The notes under the pieces: generated by a model
The model's input: only the letters and a program-made list of their open reading frames with translations
What the model was told of the DNA's origin: nothing
The model's database searches: none
NCBI GenBank assembly: GCA_043723905.1
Contig: JAYSNJ010000120.1
Location: 608 to 64,607 of the forward strand
Length of the DNA: 64,000 nucleotides
Origin: Holophagaceae bacterium
Lineage (GTDB): Bacteria > Acidobacteriota > Holophagae > Holophagales > Holophagaceae
Reading direction: 5' to 3'
In this document: piece by piece, positions 46,433 through 55,353 of the stretch
Position numbering within the stretch: position 1 is the stretch's first letter
Layout: each line of letters starts with the position of its first letter
Made by a program: the position numbers and the translations under genes

Positions 46433-46999
46433 ATGAGCAGCGGCAGCCACCACGCAGACCTGGACAGCCTGGCAGGGCGCATCGAGGCGGCCACGGGGGT
46501 GAAGCTGGCCCACTGCTACCAGTGCGGCAAGTGCGCCGCAGGCTGCCCTGTGGCCGACGAGATGGATCTGCCCCCCTGCCAGGTCTTCCGCCTGCTGCAG
46601 CTGGCCTTTCCCGAACTGGAGGAGAGGGTCCTCCGCAGCGAGGGCATCTGGCTCTGCCTGGCCTGCGAGACCTGCAGCACCCGCTGTCCCCAGGAAGTGG
46701 AGATCCCCAAGGTCATGGACTTCATCCGTTCCGAAGCTCTCCGCATGCACCTGGCCCATCCCAAGAGCAAGGACATCCTGGCCTTCCACCGGGCCTTCCT
46801 GGATTCCATCCACTACACCGGCCGCCTCTACGAAGTGGGCCTGGTGGCCGACTACAAGGCCCGCAGCCTCCACCTCCTGAAGGACGTCATGCTGGCGCCG
46901 AAGATGTATTTCAAGGGCAAGCTGGGCCTCTTTCCGCACCTGATCAAGAACCGCCGCGGCATGAAGACCCTGTTCAAGCGCACGTCAGGGAAGGGGTGA
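46433..46999 (+). CDS. hdrC: heterodisulfide reductase subunit C-like (2x[4Fe-4S])
   Basis: CYQCGKCAAGCP and CLACETCSTRCP ferredoxin-type motifs. Start chosen at MSSGSHH (GGGAGAAG RBS). Confidence 0.8.
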   Translation: MSSGSHHADLDSLAGRIEAATGVKLAHCYQCGKCAAGCPVADEMDLPPCQVFRLLQLAFPELEERVLRSEGIWLCLACETCSTRCPQEVEIPKVMDFIRSEALRMHLAHPKSKDILAFHRAFLDSIHYTGRLYEVGLVADYKARSLHLLKDVMLAPKMYFKGKLGLFPHLIKNRRGMKTLFKRTSGKG

Positions 47000-47003
47000 C
47001 ACC

Positions 47004-47873
47004 ATGCGAATCGGCTACTATCCCGGCTGTTCGCTCCTGGGCTCCTCCCGGGAATTCGATGAATCCACACGGGCCTTGCTGAAGGCCCTGGATGTCGAAC
47101 TCGTCGAAGTGCCCGACTGGAACTGCTGCGGCGCCAGCAGCGCCCATGTCCTGAACCACGAACTCTCCCTGGCCCTGCCCGCCCGCATCCTGGCCCTGGC
47201 CGAACAGGCCGGCCTCACGGAGATCCTGGCCCCCTGCGCCGCCTGTTCCAACCGCCTGCTATCGGCCCAGCAGGAGCTGGCCCAACATCCCGAGAAGATC
47301 GCCGAACTCGAAGGGGCCATCGGCCTTCCCTACAAGGGCACCGCGAAGATCGTGAACATCCTGGAGGTGCTCGATCGCCTGAAAGACCGCATCGCCGCGA
47401 AGACCACGGCGCCCTTCGCTCGCAGGGTGGCCAGCTACTACGGATGCCTGCTGGTGAGGCCGCCCCGGGTAGTGAATTTCGACCGGCCCGAGGATCCCCG
47501 CAGCATGGACCTCATGCTGGAGGCCGTGGGCGCGACGCCTGTGGAATGGCCCTTCAAGACCGAATGCTGTGGCGCGGCCTTCAGCGTCACCCGCACCGAT
47601 ATCGTGGCGAGACTCAGCGGCAGGCTGGTGAAGGACGCCGTGAAACGGGGCGCCGAAGCCATCGTGGTGGCCTGCCCCATGTGCCATTCGAACCTGGATC
47701 TCCGCCGCCCCGCCATCAACGAATACCTGGGCCAGGCCCACGAGATCCCCGCCCTGTTCATCACCCAGGTGATCGGCCTGGCCCTGGGACTGGAGCCCGA
47801 GGCTCTCGGCCTCCAGCGCCACATGGTGCCCGTTGAATTCAAGATCCCCGCTGCGGCGGGCGCCCAGGCCTAG
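47004..47873 (+). CDS. hdrB: heterodisulfide reductase subunit B-like (two CCG domains)
   Basis: DWNCCGA...PCAACSN and TECCGAA...CPMCHSN are CCG-domain signatures. Confidence 0.85.
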   Translation: MRIGYYPGCSLLGSSREFDESTRALLKALDVELVEVPDWNCCGASSAHVLNHELSLALPARILALAEQAGLTEILAPCAACSNRLLSAQQELAQHPEKIAELEGAIGLPYKGTAKIVNILEVLDRLKDRIAAKTTAPFARRVASYYGCLLVRPPRVVNFDRPEDPRSMDLMLEAVGATPVEWPFKTECCGAAFSVTRTDIVARLSGRLVKDAVKRGAEAIVVACPMCHSNLDLRRPAINEYLGQAHEIPALFITQVIGLALGLEPEALGLQRHMVPVEFKIPAAAGAQA

Positions 47874-47883
47874 GGAGTCGGAC

Positions 47884-49875
47884 ATGTCTCGAATCGGCGT
47901 CTTCACCTGCCACTGCGGCGAGAACATCGGCGCCACCGTGGACTGCGCCAAGGTCGCAGAGATGTGCAAGCATGTGCCCGGCGTGGTCCACAGCGTGGAC
48001 TACAAGTACATGTGCTCCGATCCCGGCCAGCGCATGATCCAGGAGGCCGTGAAGGAGCACAGGCTGGATGGCGTCGTAGTGGCGGCCTGTTCGCCCCGCA
48101 TGCACGAGCCGACCTTCCGCCGCGCTGTGAGCGAAGCGGGCGTGAACCCCTACATGTGCGAGATGGCCAATCTGCGCGAGCACTGCTCCTGGGTCCACGA
48201 GAAGGGCGAGGCCACCACACAGAAGGCCGCGGATCTCATCCGCGTGCTGGTGGAAAAGATTAAGCACAACGAACCGCTCCACCCCATCAAGGTGCCCGTC
48301 ACCAAGACCGCCATGGTCATCGGCGGCGGCGTGGCGGGAATACAAGTGGCCCTGGATATCGCAAACGGCGGCCACAAGGTGATCCTGGTGGAGAAGTCCC
48401 CCAGCATCGGCGGCCACATGAGCCAGCTTTCGGAGACCTTCCCGACGCTGGATTGTTCCCAGTGCATCCTCACGCCCCGAATGGTGGAGGCCGCCCAGCA
48501 TGCCAACGTGACGCTGATGACCTACAGCGAAGTGGAGAAGGTGGACGGCTTCATCGGCAACTTCAAGGTCACGGTGCGAAAAAAAGCCAGGAAACTGGAC
48601 GAGAAGCTCTGCACAGGGTGCGGGCTCTGCATCCAGAAGTGCCCCAACAAGAGGATCCCGGACGAGTTCAACGAGGGCCTGGGCACCCGCACCGCCATCT
48701 ATGTCCCCTTCCCCCAGGCCGTGCCCAACAAGCCCGTCATCGATACAAAGCACTGCACCTTCTACAAGACGGGCAAGTGCAAGGTCTGCGAGAAGATGTG
48801 CCCCACGGGTGCCATCCGCTTCGAGCAGGAGGACGAATTCGTCACCCTGGACATCGGCGCCATCGTGCTGGCGACGGGCTTCAAGCTCATGAAGACCGAG
48901 GCCTTCCCCGAATACGGCTACGGCCAGCACAAGGACATCGTCGACGGCATGCAGTTCGAGCGCCTGGCCTCGGCCAGCGGGCCCACCTCGGGCCTGATGA
49001 AGCGACCTTCGGACGGCAAGGAACCGGAAACGGTGGTCTTCATCGCCTGCTCCGGCAGCCGGGACCGCAGCAAGGGCGTGCCCTACTGCTCCAAGGTCTG
49101 CTGCATGTATACGGCCAAGCACGCCATGCTCTACAAGCACAAGGTGCACAGCGGCAAGGCCTACGTCTTCTACATGGATATCCGCGCGGCAGGCAAGGAC
49201 TACGACGAATTCGTGCGGCGGGCCATCGAGGAGGACGACGTCAAGTACATCCGCGGCCGGGTCTCCAAGATCTACGAGGAGGACGGGAAGCTCATCGTGA
49301 AGGGCGCCGATACCCTCATGGGCGGAGCGCCCGTGGAGATCAAGGCGGACATGGTGGTGCTCGCCACGGCCATCCAGTCCAACGACCGCTCGGAGGAACT
49401 GGCCCAGACACTGCACGTGAGCTACGACACATACGGCTTCTTCGCGGAGGCCCACCCCAAGCTGCGCCCCGTGGAGACCAACACCGGCGGGATCTTCCTG
49501 GCCGGAGCGTGCCAAGCGCCCCGGGACATCCCCGAGAGCGTGGCCCAGGCCAGCGCCGCCGCCTCGAAGGTGCTGGGCCTCTTTAGCCAGGACCAGCTCA
49601 CCCGCGAGCCCGTCGTGGCCGTGGTGAACCGCCTACCCGCGCCGGTCTTCAGCTACTGTGTGGGCTGCTTCCTCTGCCAGAGCGCCTGCCCCTACCAGGC
49701 CATCGAGCAGGAGGAGATCAAGGATCGCCAAGGCAACGTCCTCAAGACCCTCGCCCGCATCAATGCCGGCCTCTGCCAGGGCTGCGGCACCTGCGTCGCC
49801 ACCTGCCGCACCAAGGCCATCGACCTCCAGGGCTTCAGCAACGAACAGCTCTACGCCGAGATCATGACGCTGTGA
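47884..49875 (+). CDS. hdrA: heterodisulfide reductase subunit A-like flavoprotein (FAD plus multiple Fe-S)
   Basis: N-terminal GVFTCHCGENI. FAD fold VIGGGVAGIQVAL. Several CxxCxxCxxxC motifs (CTGCGLCIQKCP, CVGCFLCQSACP, CQGCGTCVATC). Confidence 0.85.
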   Translation: MSRIGVFTCHCGENIGATVDCAKVAEMCKHVPGVVHSVDYKYMCSDPGQRMIQEAVKEHRLDGVVVAACSPRMHEPTFRRAVSEAGVNPYMCEMANLREHCSWVHEKGEATTQKAADLIRVLVEKIKHNEPLHPIKVPVTKTAMVIGGGVAGIQVALDIANGGHKVILVEKSPSIGGHMSQLSETFPTLDCSQCILTPRMVEAAQHANVTLMTYSEVEKVDGFIGNFKVTVRKKARKLDEKLCTGCGLCIQKCPNKRIPDEFNEGLGTRTAIYVPFPQAVPNKPVIDTKHCTFYKTGKCKVCEKMCPTGAIRFEQEDEFVTLDIGAIVLATGFKLMKTEAFPEYGYGQHKDIVDGMQFERLASASGPTSGLMKRPSDGKEPETVVFIACSGSRDRSKGVPYCSKVCCMYTAKHAMLYKHKVHSGKAYVFYMDIRAAGKDYDEFVRRAIEEDDVKYIRGRVSKIYEEDGKLIVKGADTLMGGAPVEIKADMVVLATAIQSNDRSEELAQTLHVSYDTYGFFAEAHPKLRPVETNTGGIFLAGACQAPRDIPESVAQASAAASKVLGLFSQDQLTREPVVAVVNRLPAPVFSYCVGCFLCQSACPYQAIEQEEIKDRQGNVLKTLARINAGLCQGCGTCVATCRTKAIDLQGFSNEQLYAEIMTL

Positions 49876-49889
49876 GCGCGGAGACGAAC

Positions 49890-50339
49890 ATGAGCGAAAC
49901 CCCGAACGAGACCTTCGAACCCAAGATCACCGCCTTCGTCTGCAACTGGTGCACGTACGCCGGAGCGGACCTGACGGGCACCAGCCGGATCAAATACCAG
50001 TCCAATGTCCGCGTGCTGAGGGTGCCCTGCACGGGGCGCATCGACTTCATGCTGCTCCTGAAGGCCTTCCAGCGGGGCTCGGACGGCGTGATCGTCTCGG
50101 GCTGCCACCCCAACGACTGCCACTACACCTCGGGCAACTATCACGCGAGGCGCCGCTGGATGGTGTTTCGCGATCTCATGGACTTCATGGGCGTGGACAC
50201 GAACCGCGTCACCTTCTCCTGGGTCTCGGCCGCGGAGGGGGCCCGCTGGGCTCAGCTGGTGAACGAGGTGACGGACGGCGTCCGCAAGTTGGGGCCCTAC
50301 GCCGAATACAAGCAGCTCGCCAGCGCGGGCATCGAGTGA
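49890..50339 (+). CDS. MvhD-like (methyl-viologen-reducing hydrogenase delta subunit family) protein, FlxD equivalent
   Basis: AFVCNWCTYAGADLTG, VPCTGRID and SGCHPNDCHY are MvhD hallmarks. GGAGA RBS. Alternative GTG at 49872 overlaps the hdrA stop. Confidence 0.8.
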   Translation: MSETPNETFEPKITAFVCNWCTYAGADLTGTSRIKYQSNVRVLRVPCTGRIDFMLLLKAFQRGSDGVIVSGCHPNDCHYTSGNYHARRRWMVFRDLMDFMGVDTNRVTFSWVSAAEGARWAQLVNEVTDGVRKLGPYAEYKQLASAGIE

Positions 50340-50349
50340 GGAGGCCCCC

Positions 50350-51150
50350 ATGGAAACCCTGAAGCAGAAGGCCAAGGAACTCCTCCAGTCGGGCGAGGTG
50401 AAAGTCGTGCTGGGCTATGCCGTCGGCACAGCCGGCACGCGGCGACCCCATTTCGCTCGGAAGCCCGAGCAGGTGGACCGCCTGGTCCTGGACGACAGGT
50501 GCACACAGAACCTCGCCACCTATCTCACCAAGCCGGAGACCCGGCGGCTGGGCAAGGTAGCCGTTATCGCCCTGCCCGCCACACAGCGGGCCACTCTCCA
50601 ACTCATCGCCGAACGCCAGCTGCGGGATGACGATGTGCTCCTCCTCGCCCTCGAGGAGGGCGTCGTGAAGGTCCTTTCCAGTGGTGCCGAGGTCGAGGAG
50701 CATCTGGCCCTCAAGACCGACACCATGAATGCGGCAGACAAGGCCCTCATCGAGAAGCTCTCGGCCATGAGCCGCGAGGCGCGCTGGGCCTTCTGGCAGC
50801 AGGAGCTGTCCCGCTGCGTGAAGTGCTACGCGTGCCGCAACAGCTGCCCCATGTGCTACTGCGAGCACTGCACCATGGACTGCAACCGCCCCCAATGGGT
50901 GCCCGTGGCCAGCCACGCCTTGGGCAATCTGGAATACCACATGGTGCGCGCCATGCACCTGGCGGGGCGCTGCGTGGAGTGCGGCGAGTGCGGCCGGGCC
51001 TGCCCCGTGGGCATCCCCGTGCATCTCCTGACCTGCTTCGCCGAAGAGAGCACCGCCCGGCAGTTCGGACAGCGGGCGGGACACAGCGCCAAGCTGGACT
51101 ACGCCCTCTCCACCTTCAAGCCCGACGACAAAGAGACCTTCATCCGGTAG
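50350..51150 (+). CDS. 4Fe-4S dicluster protein (FlxC-like)
   Basis: GAGGAGG RBS. CVKCYACRNSCPMCYC and CVECGECGRACP motifs. Confidence 0.7.
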   Translation: METLKQKAKELLQSGEVKVVLGYAVGTAGTRRPHFARKPEQVDRLVLDDRCTQNLATYLTKPETRRLGKVAVIALPATQRATLQLIAERQLRDDDVLLLALEEGVVKVLSSGAEVEEHLALKTDTMNAADKALIEKLSAMSREARWAFWQQELSRCVKCYACRNSCPMCYCEHCTMDCNRPQWVPVASHALGNLEYHMVRAMHLAGRCVECGECGRACPVGIPVHLLTCFAEESTARQFGQRAGHSAKLDYALSTFKPDDKETFIR

Positions 51151-51156
51151 GCGGCC

Positions 51157-52164
51157 ATGGCAGAGACTCATCAGCTCACGTTTGAAGCACTGGACGCCCT
51201 CTTCACCGCCCTGCGGAAGGACGGCCGCCGGATTCTGGCCCCCGTGGACGGGGATGGCCGCACGGAACTCAACGATGTGGAGCACCCCGCCCAGGTGGCT
51301 CAAAGCTACATCCAGACCATCCTGTCGGCCAAGGAGATCGTGTTCCCCAAGGTGGAGCGCCTGCTCTCCTACCAAACGGAACCCGGCCAGGTGGAACTGC
51401 AGGACGCCGAGCCGAATGCTCACCCCACGGTGCTCTTCGGTGTGCGCCCCTGCGAGGCCAAGGCCTTCAAAGCCCTGGACGCCGTCTTCAACTGGGACAC
51501 CCGCGACAAGTTCTTTAACGCCCGCCAGGAAAAGATGGCCGTTCTGGGCATGACCTGCACGAAGGCCGACGAGGCCTGCTTCTGCACCTCCGTGGGCGGC
51601 GGCCCCGCGGACACGCAGGGGAGCGATATCCTGCTCACCCCCATGGAGGGCGGCTACCTTGCGGAAGTGCTCACGGAAAAGGGCAGGGCCATCCAGGCCC
51701 TGCTGCCGGAGGCATTCACACCCGGCAACGGTATGGACAAGAGTGCCCTTGCGGCCAAGGTCGCAACGGCCTTTGACCAACCCGCCCTGACAGCCAAGCT
51801 GCCCGGAATGTTCGAGAGCGATCTATGGAATGATCAGGCCCTCCGCTGCATCGGCTGCGGCGCATGCGCCTTCGTGTGTCCCACCTGCGTCTGCTTCGAT
51901 ATGCAGGAGGAGGCCGACCCCAAGCAGGGCCAGCGCCTGCGCTGCTGGGACTCCTGCGGGTTCTCGGCGTTCACGTTGCATGCCTCGGGCCACAACCCCC
52001 GCAGCACCCAGGGCGCCCGGTGGCGCCAGCGCATCTACCACAAGTTCAGCACCTACCCCGAGCGCTACCGGATGCTGGGCTGCGTCGGCTGCGGCAAGTG
52101 CACCCGCGCCTGCCCCGTGGACATGAACCTGAAGGAACATCTCGTCGAAGCGGCCAGCGTCTAA
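51157..52164 (+). CDS. 4Fe-4S dicluster protein, sulfhydrogenase-beta / AsrA-like (FlxB-like)
   Basis: CIGCGACAFVCPTCVCFD and CVGCGKCTRACP. N-terminal domain with RPCEAKA. Confidence 0.7.
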   Translation: MAETHQLTFEALDALFTALRKDGRRILAPVDGDGRTELNDVEHPAQVAQSYIQTILSAKEIVFPKVERLLSYQTEPGQVELQDAEPNAHPTVLFGVRPCEAKAFKALDAVFNWDTRDKFFNARQEKMAVLGMTCTKADEACFCTSVGGGPADTQGSDILLTPMEGGYLAEVLTEKGRAIQALLPEAFTPGNGMDKSALAAKVATAFDQPALTAKLPGMFESDLWNDQALRCIGCGACAFVCPTCVCFDMQEEADPKQGQRLRCWDSCGFSAFTLHASGHNPRSTQGARWRQRIYHKFSTYPERYRMLGCVGCGKCTRACPVDMNLKEHLVEAASV

Positions 52165-52171
52165 AAAAACG

Positions 52172-52292
52172 TCCACGGATACACACGGATGAACACTGAT
52201 AAAGACTGCAACGACATTCCATCTGAAAGCAATTCCAGCCTTCCTACCCGCTTGTCCTTTTCCATCCGTGTGAATCCGTGTTCATCCGTGGA
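52172..52292. repeat. five phased CACGGAT/ATCCGTG heptamers forming a long-range inverted repeat in an AT-rich intra-operon spacer
   Basis: CACGGAT at 52174 and 52184. ATCCGTG at 52264, 52274 and 52284, with exact 10-bp phasing. 52172-52190 is complementary to 52274-52292 in 17 of 19 positions. A T-run follows at 52296-52309. Confidence 0.7.
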
Positions 52293-52319
52293 TAGTTTCT
52301 CTTCTTTTTGGGTGCCCAA

Positions 52320-53159
52320 TTGAGCGAGCAGAATATCTACCTGCCCTACCTGATGCGGATCACGAAGATCACGGAGGAGTCCCCGGCGGTGAAGACCTTC
52401 CGCCTGGAATTCGTGGACGAGGCCGCGGCCCAGGCCTTCGACTTCAAGACGGGCCAGTTCGGCCTGTACAGCGCCTTCGGCGAGGGAGAATCGACCTTCT
52501 GCATCGCGAGCAGTCCGACCCGCAAGGGCTACATCGAATGCACCTTCCGGGAGGTGGGTCGGGTCACGGCGGCCCTGGCCGACAAGGAAGTGGGCGATAT
52601 CGTGGGTTTCCGAGGTCCCTACGGCAACGTGTTCCCCCTGGAGGACTGGAAGGGCAAGAACCTAGTCTTCATCGCAGGGGGCATCGCCCTGCCCCCCCTG
52701 CGCAGCGTCATCTGGAACTGCCTGGATCTGCGCGACTGGTTCCAGGACATCACGGTGGTCTATGGCGCCCGCAGCGTGGCCGACCTGGTCTACAAGGCCG
52801 AACTGAAGGAGTGGAGCGAGCGGCCCGATCTGCGCCTCGTCACCACCGTGGACCCCGGAGGCGAGACGCCGGACTGGACGGGGAAGGTGGGCTTCGTGCC
52901 CCCCGTCGTCGAGCAACTGGGACTCGTGGCGGAGAACACCGTGGCCATCGTCTGCGGTCCGCCCATCATGATCAAGCTCACACTGCCTGTGCTTGAGAAG
53001 CTGGGTTTCGCACCGGACCAGATCTTCACCACACTGGAGAACCGCATGAAGTGCGGCCTGGGCAAGTGCGGGCGCTGCAACACGGGCAGCAGCTATGTCT
53101 GCAAGGACGGCCCCGTCTACACCCTGGCCCAGCTCAACGAGCTCCCCGCGGAATACTGA
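52320..53159 (+). CDS. FAD/NAD(P)-binding oxidoreductase with C-terminal 2Fe-2S site, sulfhydrogenase-gamma / AsrB / PyrK-like (FlxA-like)
   Basis: NIYLPYLMRITKI, GEGESTFCIAS and IAGGIALPPLRS. C-terminal MKCGLGKCGRCN...YVCKDGPV. The only candidate starts are TTG at 52308 or 52320 and ATG at 52353, so the start is uncertain. Confidence 0.75.
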   Translation: MSEQNIYLPYLMRITKITEESPAVKTFRLEFVDEAAAQAFDFKTGQFGLYSAFGEGESTFCIASSPTRKGYIECTFREVGRVTAALADKEVGDIVGFRGPYGNVFPLEDWKGKNLVFIAGGIALPPLRSVIWNCLDLRDWFQDITVVYGARSVADLVYKAELKEWSERPDLRLVTTVDPGGETPDWTGKVGFVPPVVEQLGLVAENTVAIVCGPPIMIKLTLPVLEKLGFAPDQIFTTLENRMKCGLGKCGRCNTGSSYVCKDGPVYTLAQLNELPAEY

Positions 53160-53189
53160 ACGAGGTATGGATTCACGAGGGGAGTCTTC

Positions 53190-53882
53190 TTGAACAAGCT
53201 CCGCAGCCTGACCGTCTGTCTTTTCTCCCTCTGGGCCCTGAGCGCCGGAGAGGCGAATCCTCCACCCCTTCCCCGTCCCGGCGGATTGCTCTCAGGTTTC
53301 CGCGTCGATCTGCATGCTGCAGTGCCCTTGGGCAGCCTGGCTGCGGATGTCAACGACCAGCTGGGGTTCGGATTCGGCCTGGGCTATGAGGCCAGACTGG
53401 GAAGCCGGACCGCATTCAGGGCCTCCTTCCGGTGGACAGGCTACCGGGTGAGCGACCGGAACCTGGGGAGCCGCATGCTGGCGACGCTGCTCGATGTCGG
53501 CTATGACGAGGATCGTCTCATTCTGCGGAGCTACGCCCTGGGGGGGGATTTCCTGGGCTACCAGGACGAGGGCTGTCTGGGCCCCTATCTCCTGATGGGA
53601 GGGGGGATCCAGCGCTCCCGCATGTACGCCGAACACCGGTCGGTGGATGACCAGGGGAACGAGGTGGTGCAGAACCTGGCGGCCTGGCCTGCGGCCGATA
53701 CGCCCTTCGCCAATTTCGGCCTGGGCTACCGGGGCCGGTCCGGGGTCTTCATGGAGGGGCGCGTCGTCCTCTGGCGCTACCGGGCAGAGCCCGGGGTGCG
53801 GCTCATGGAGACCTCCCCGAACGCGTCGAACCAGCTGCGGGACGCCGTCAGTTTCACCATGGCGGTCGGCGTGGGGTTCTGA
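53190..53882 (+). CDS. outer-membrane beta-barrel protein
   Basis: TTG start with GAGGGGA RBS. Signal peptide MNKLRSLTVCLFSLWALSAGEA. Alternating beta-strand pattern and terminal aromatic residue (VGVGF). Confidence 0.6.
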   Translation: MNKLRSLTVCLFSLWALSAGEANPPPLPRPGGLLSGFRVDLHAAVPLGSLAADVNDQLGFGFGLGYEARLGSRTAFRASFRWTGYRVSDRNLGSRMLATLLDVGYDEDRLILRSYALGGDFLGYQDEGCLGPYLLMGGGIQRSRMYAEHRSVDDQGNEVVQNLAAWPAADTPFANFGLGYRGRSGVFMEGRVVLWRYRAEPGVRLMETSPNASNQLRDAVSFTMAVGVGF

Positions 53883-53962
53883 ACCATCCCATGAACTGGG
53901 TTCAAAAGCCTGACAGCCGCCCTCGCCTTCCGGCATGATGGTTTTAACTCCGGAACCCATCC

Positions 53963-54919
<957 letters not shown>

Positions 54920-55050
54920 CGTCCTGGCCCCAGTCGCCCTGCACCACCGAAGGCCCCGCGAGTCGACCGGGAAAATCGCATTGTGAATGAGATGCTCATG
55001 TAGAATGATGGCGCTGCCCAATTCCTTCCGGGTCAGTCAGAGGAGGCGCC

Positions 55051-55344
55051 ATGAGCAAGCTCGTTTCCATCGTCGTGACCGTATCGGACGGCACCCAGGA
55101 ACGTACCTTCGAGGTCGATACCGAGAAGGACTGCGCCCTGTTCTGGAACCAGGAAGGCTGGGACGTCCTCGCGGACTTTTACAAGGATGTGAAGAAGGAC
55201 GAGGGGAAGGAAAAGGAGGTCCGGGACCGCACCTGCCCCCAGGCTAAACCCAGGCAGGGTTCTACCCTCGCCCCGCCCGCCCCCACAGGAGAGCCGCTCA
55301 TCGCCCTGAAGGACATCGTGTGCTTCCCCACCGAGTGGCCCTGA
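55051..55344 (+). CDS. small hypothetical protein (97 aa)
   Basis: AGAGGAGG RBS and ATG start. N-terminal half is coding-like. No family recognised. Confidence 0.45.
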   Translation: MSKLVSIVVTVSDGTQERTFEVDTEKDCALFWNQEGWDVLADFYKDVKKDEGKEKEVRDRTCPQAKPRQGSTLAPPAPTGEPLIALKDIVCFPTEWP

Positions 55345-55353
55345 GGGGCTGAA

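Noticed and set aside
52264-52290. Rex (redox repressor) operator-like sequence TGTGAA-TCCGTG-TTCATC in the flx spacer.
   Set aside because: The half-sites resemble TGTGAA/TTCACA, but the spacer is 6 nt. The Rex boxes I recall have TGTGAA-N4-TTCACA, and the right half has two mismatches. Not a convincing Rex site.
52172-52292. The heptamer array as a CRISPR-like or tandem-repeat locus.
   Set aside because: The units are only 7 nt with 3-nt spacers, there are five copies in two inverted sets, and no cas genes are present. It is not a CRISPR array.
52189-52323. 44-codon ORF (MNTDKDCNDIPSESNSSLPTRLSFSIRVNPCSSVDSFSSFWVPN) inside the flx spacer.
   Set aside because: It has no RBS and A/T-rich third positions unlike any gene here. 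It runs into the FlxA-like start region. More likely a by-product of the AT-rich repeat region.
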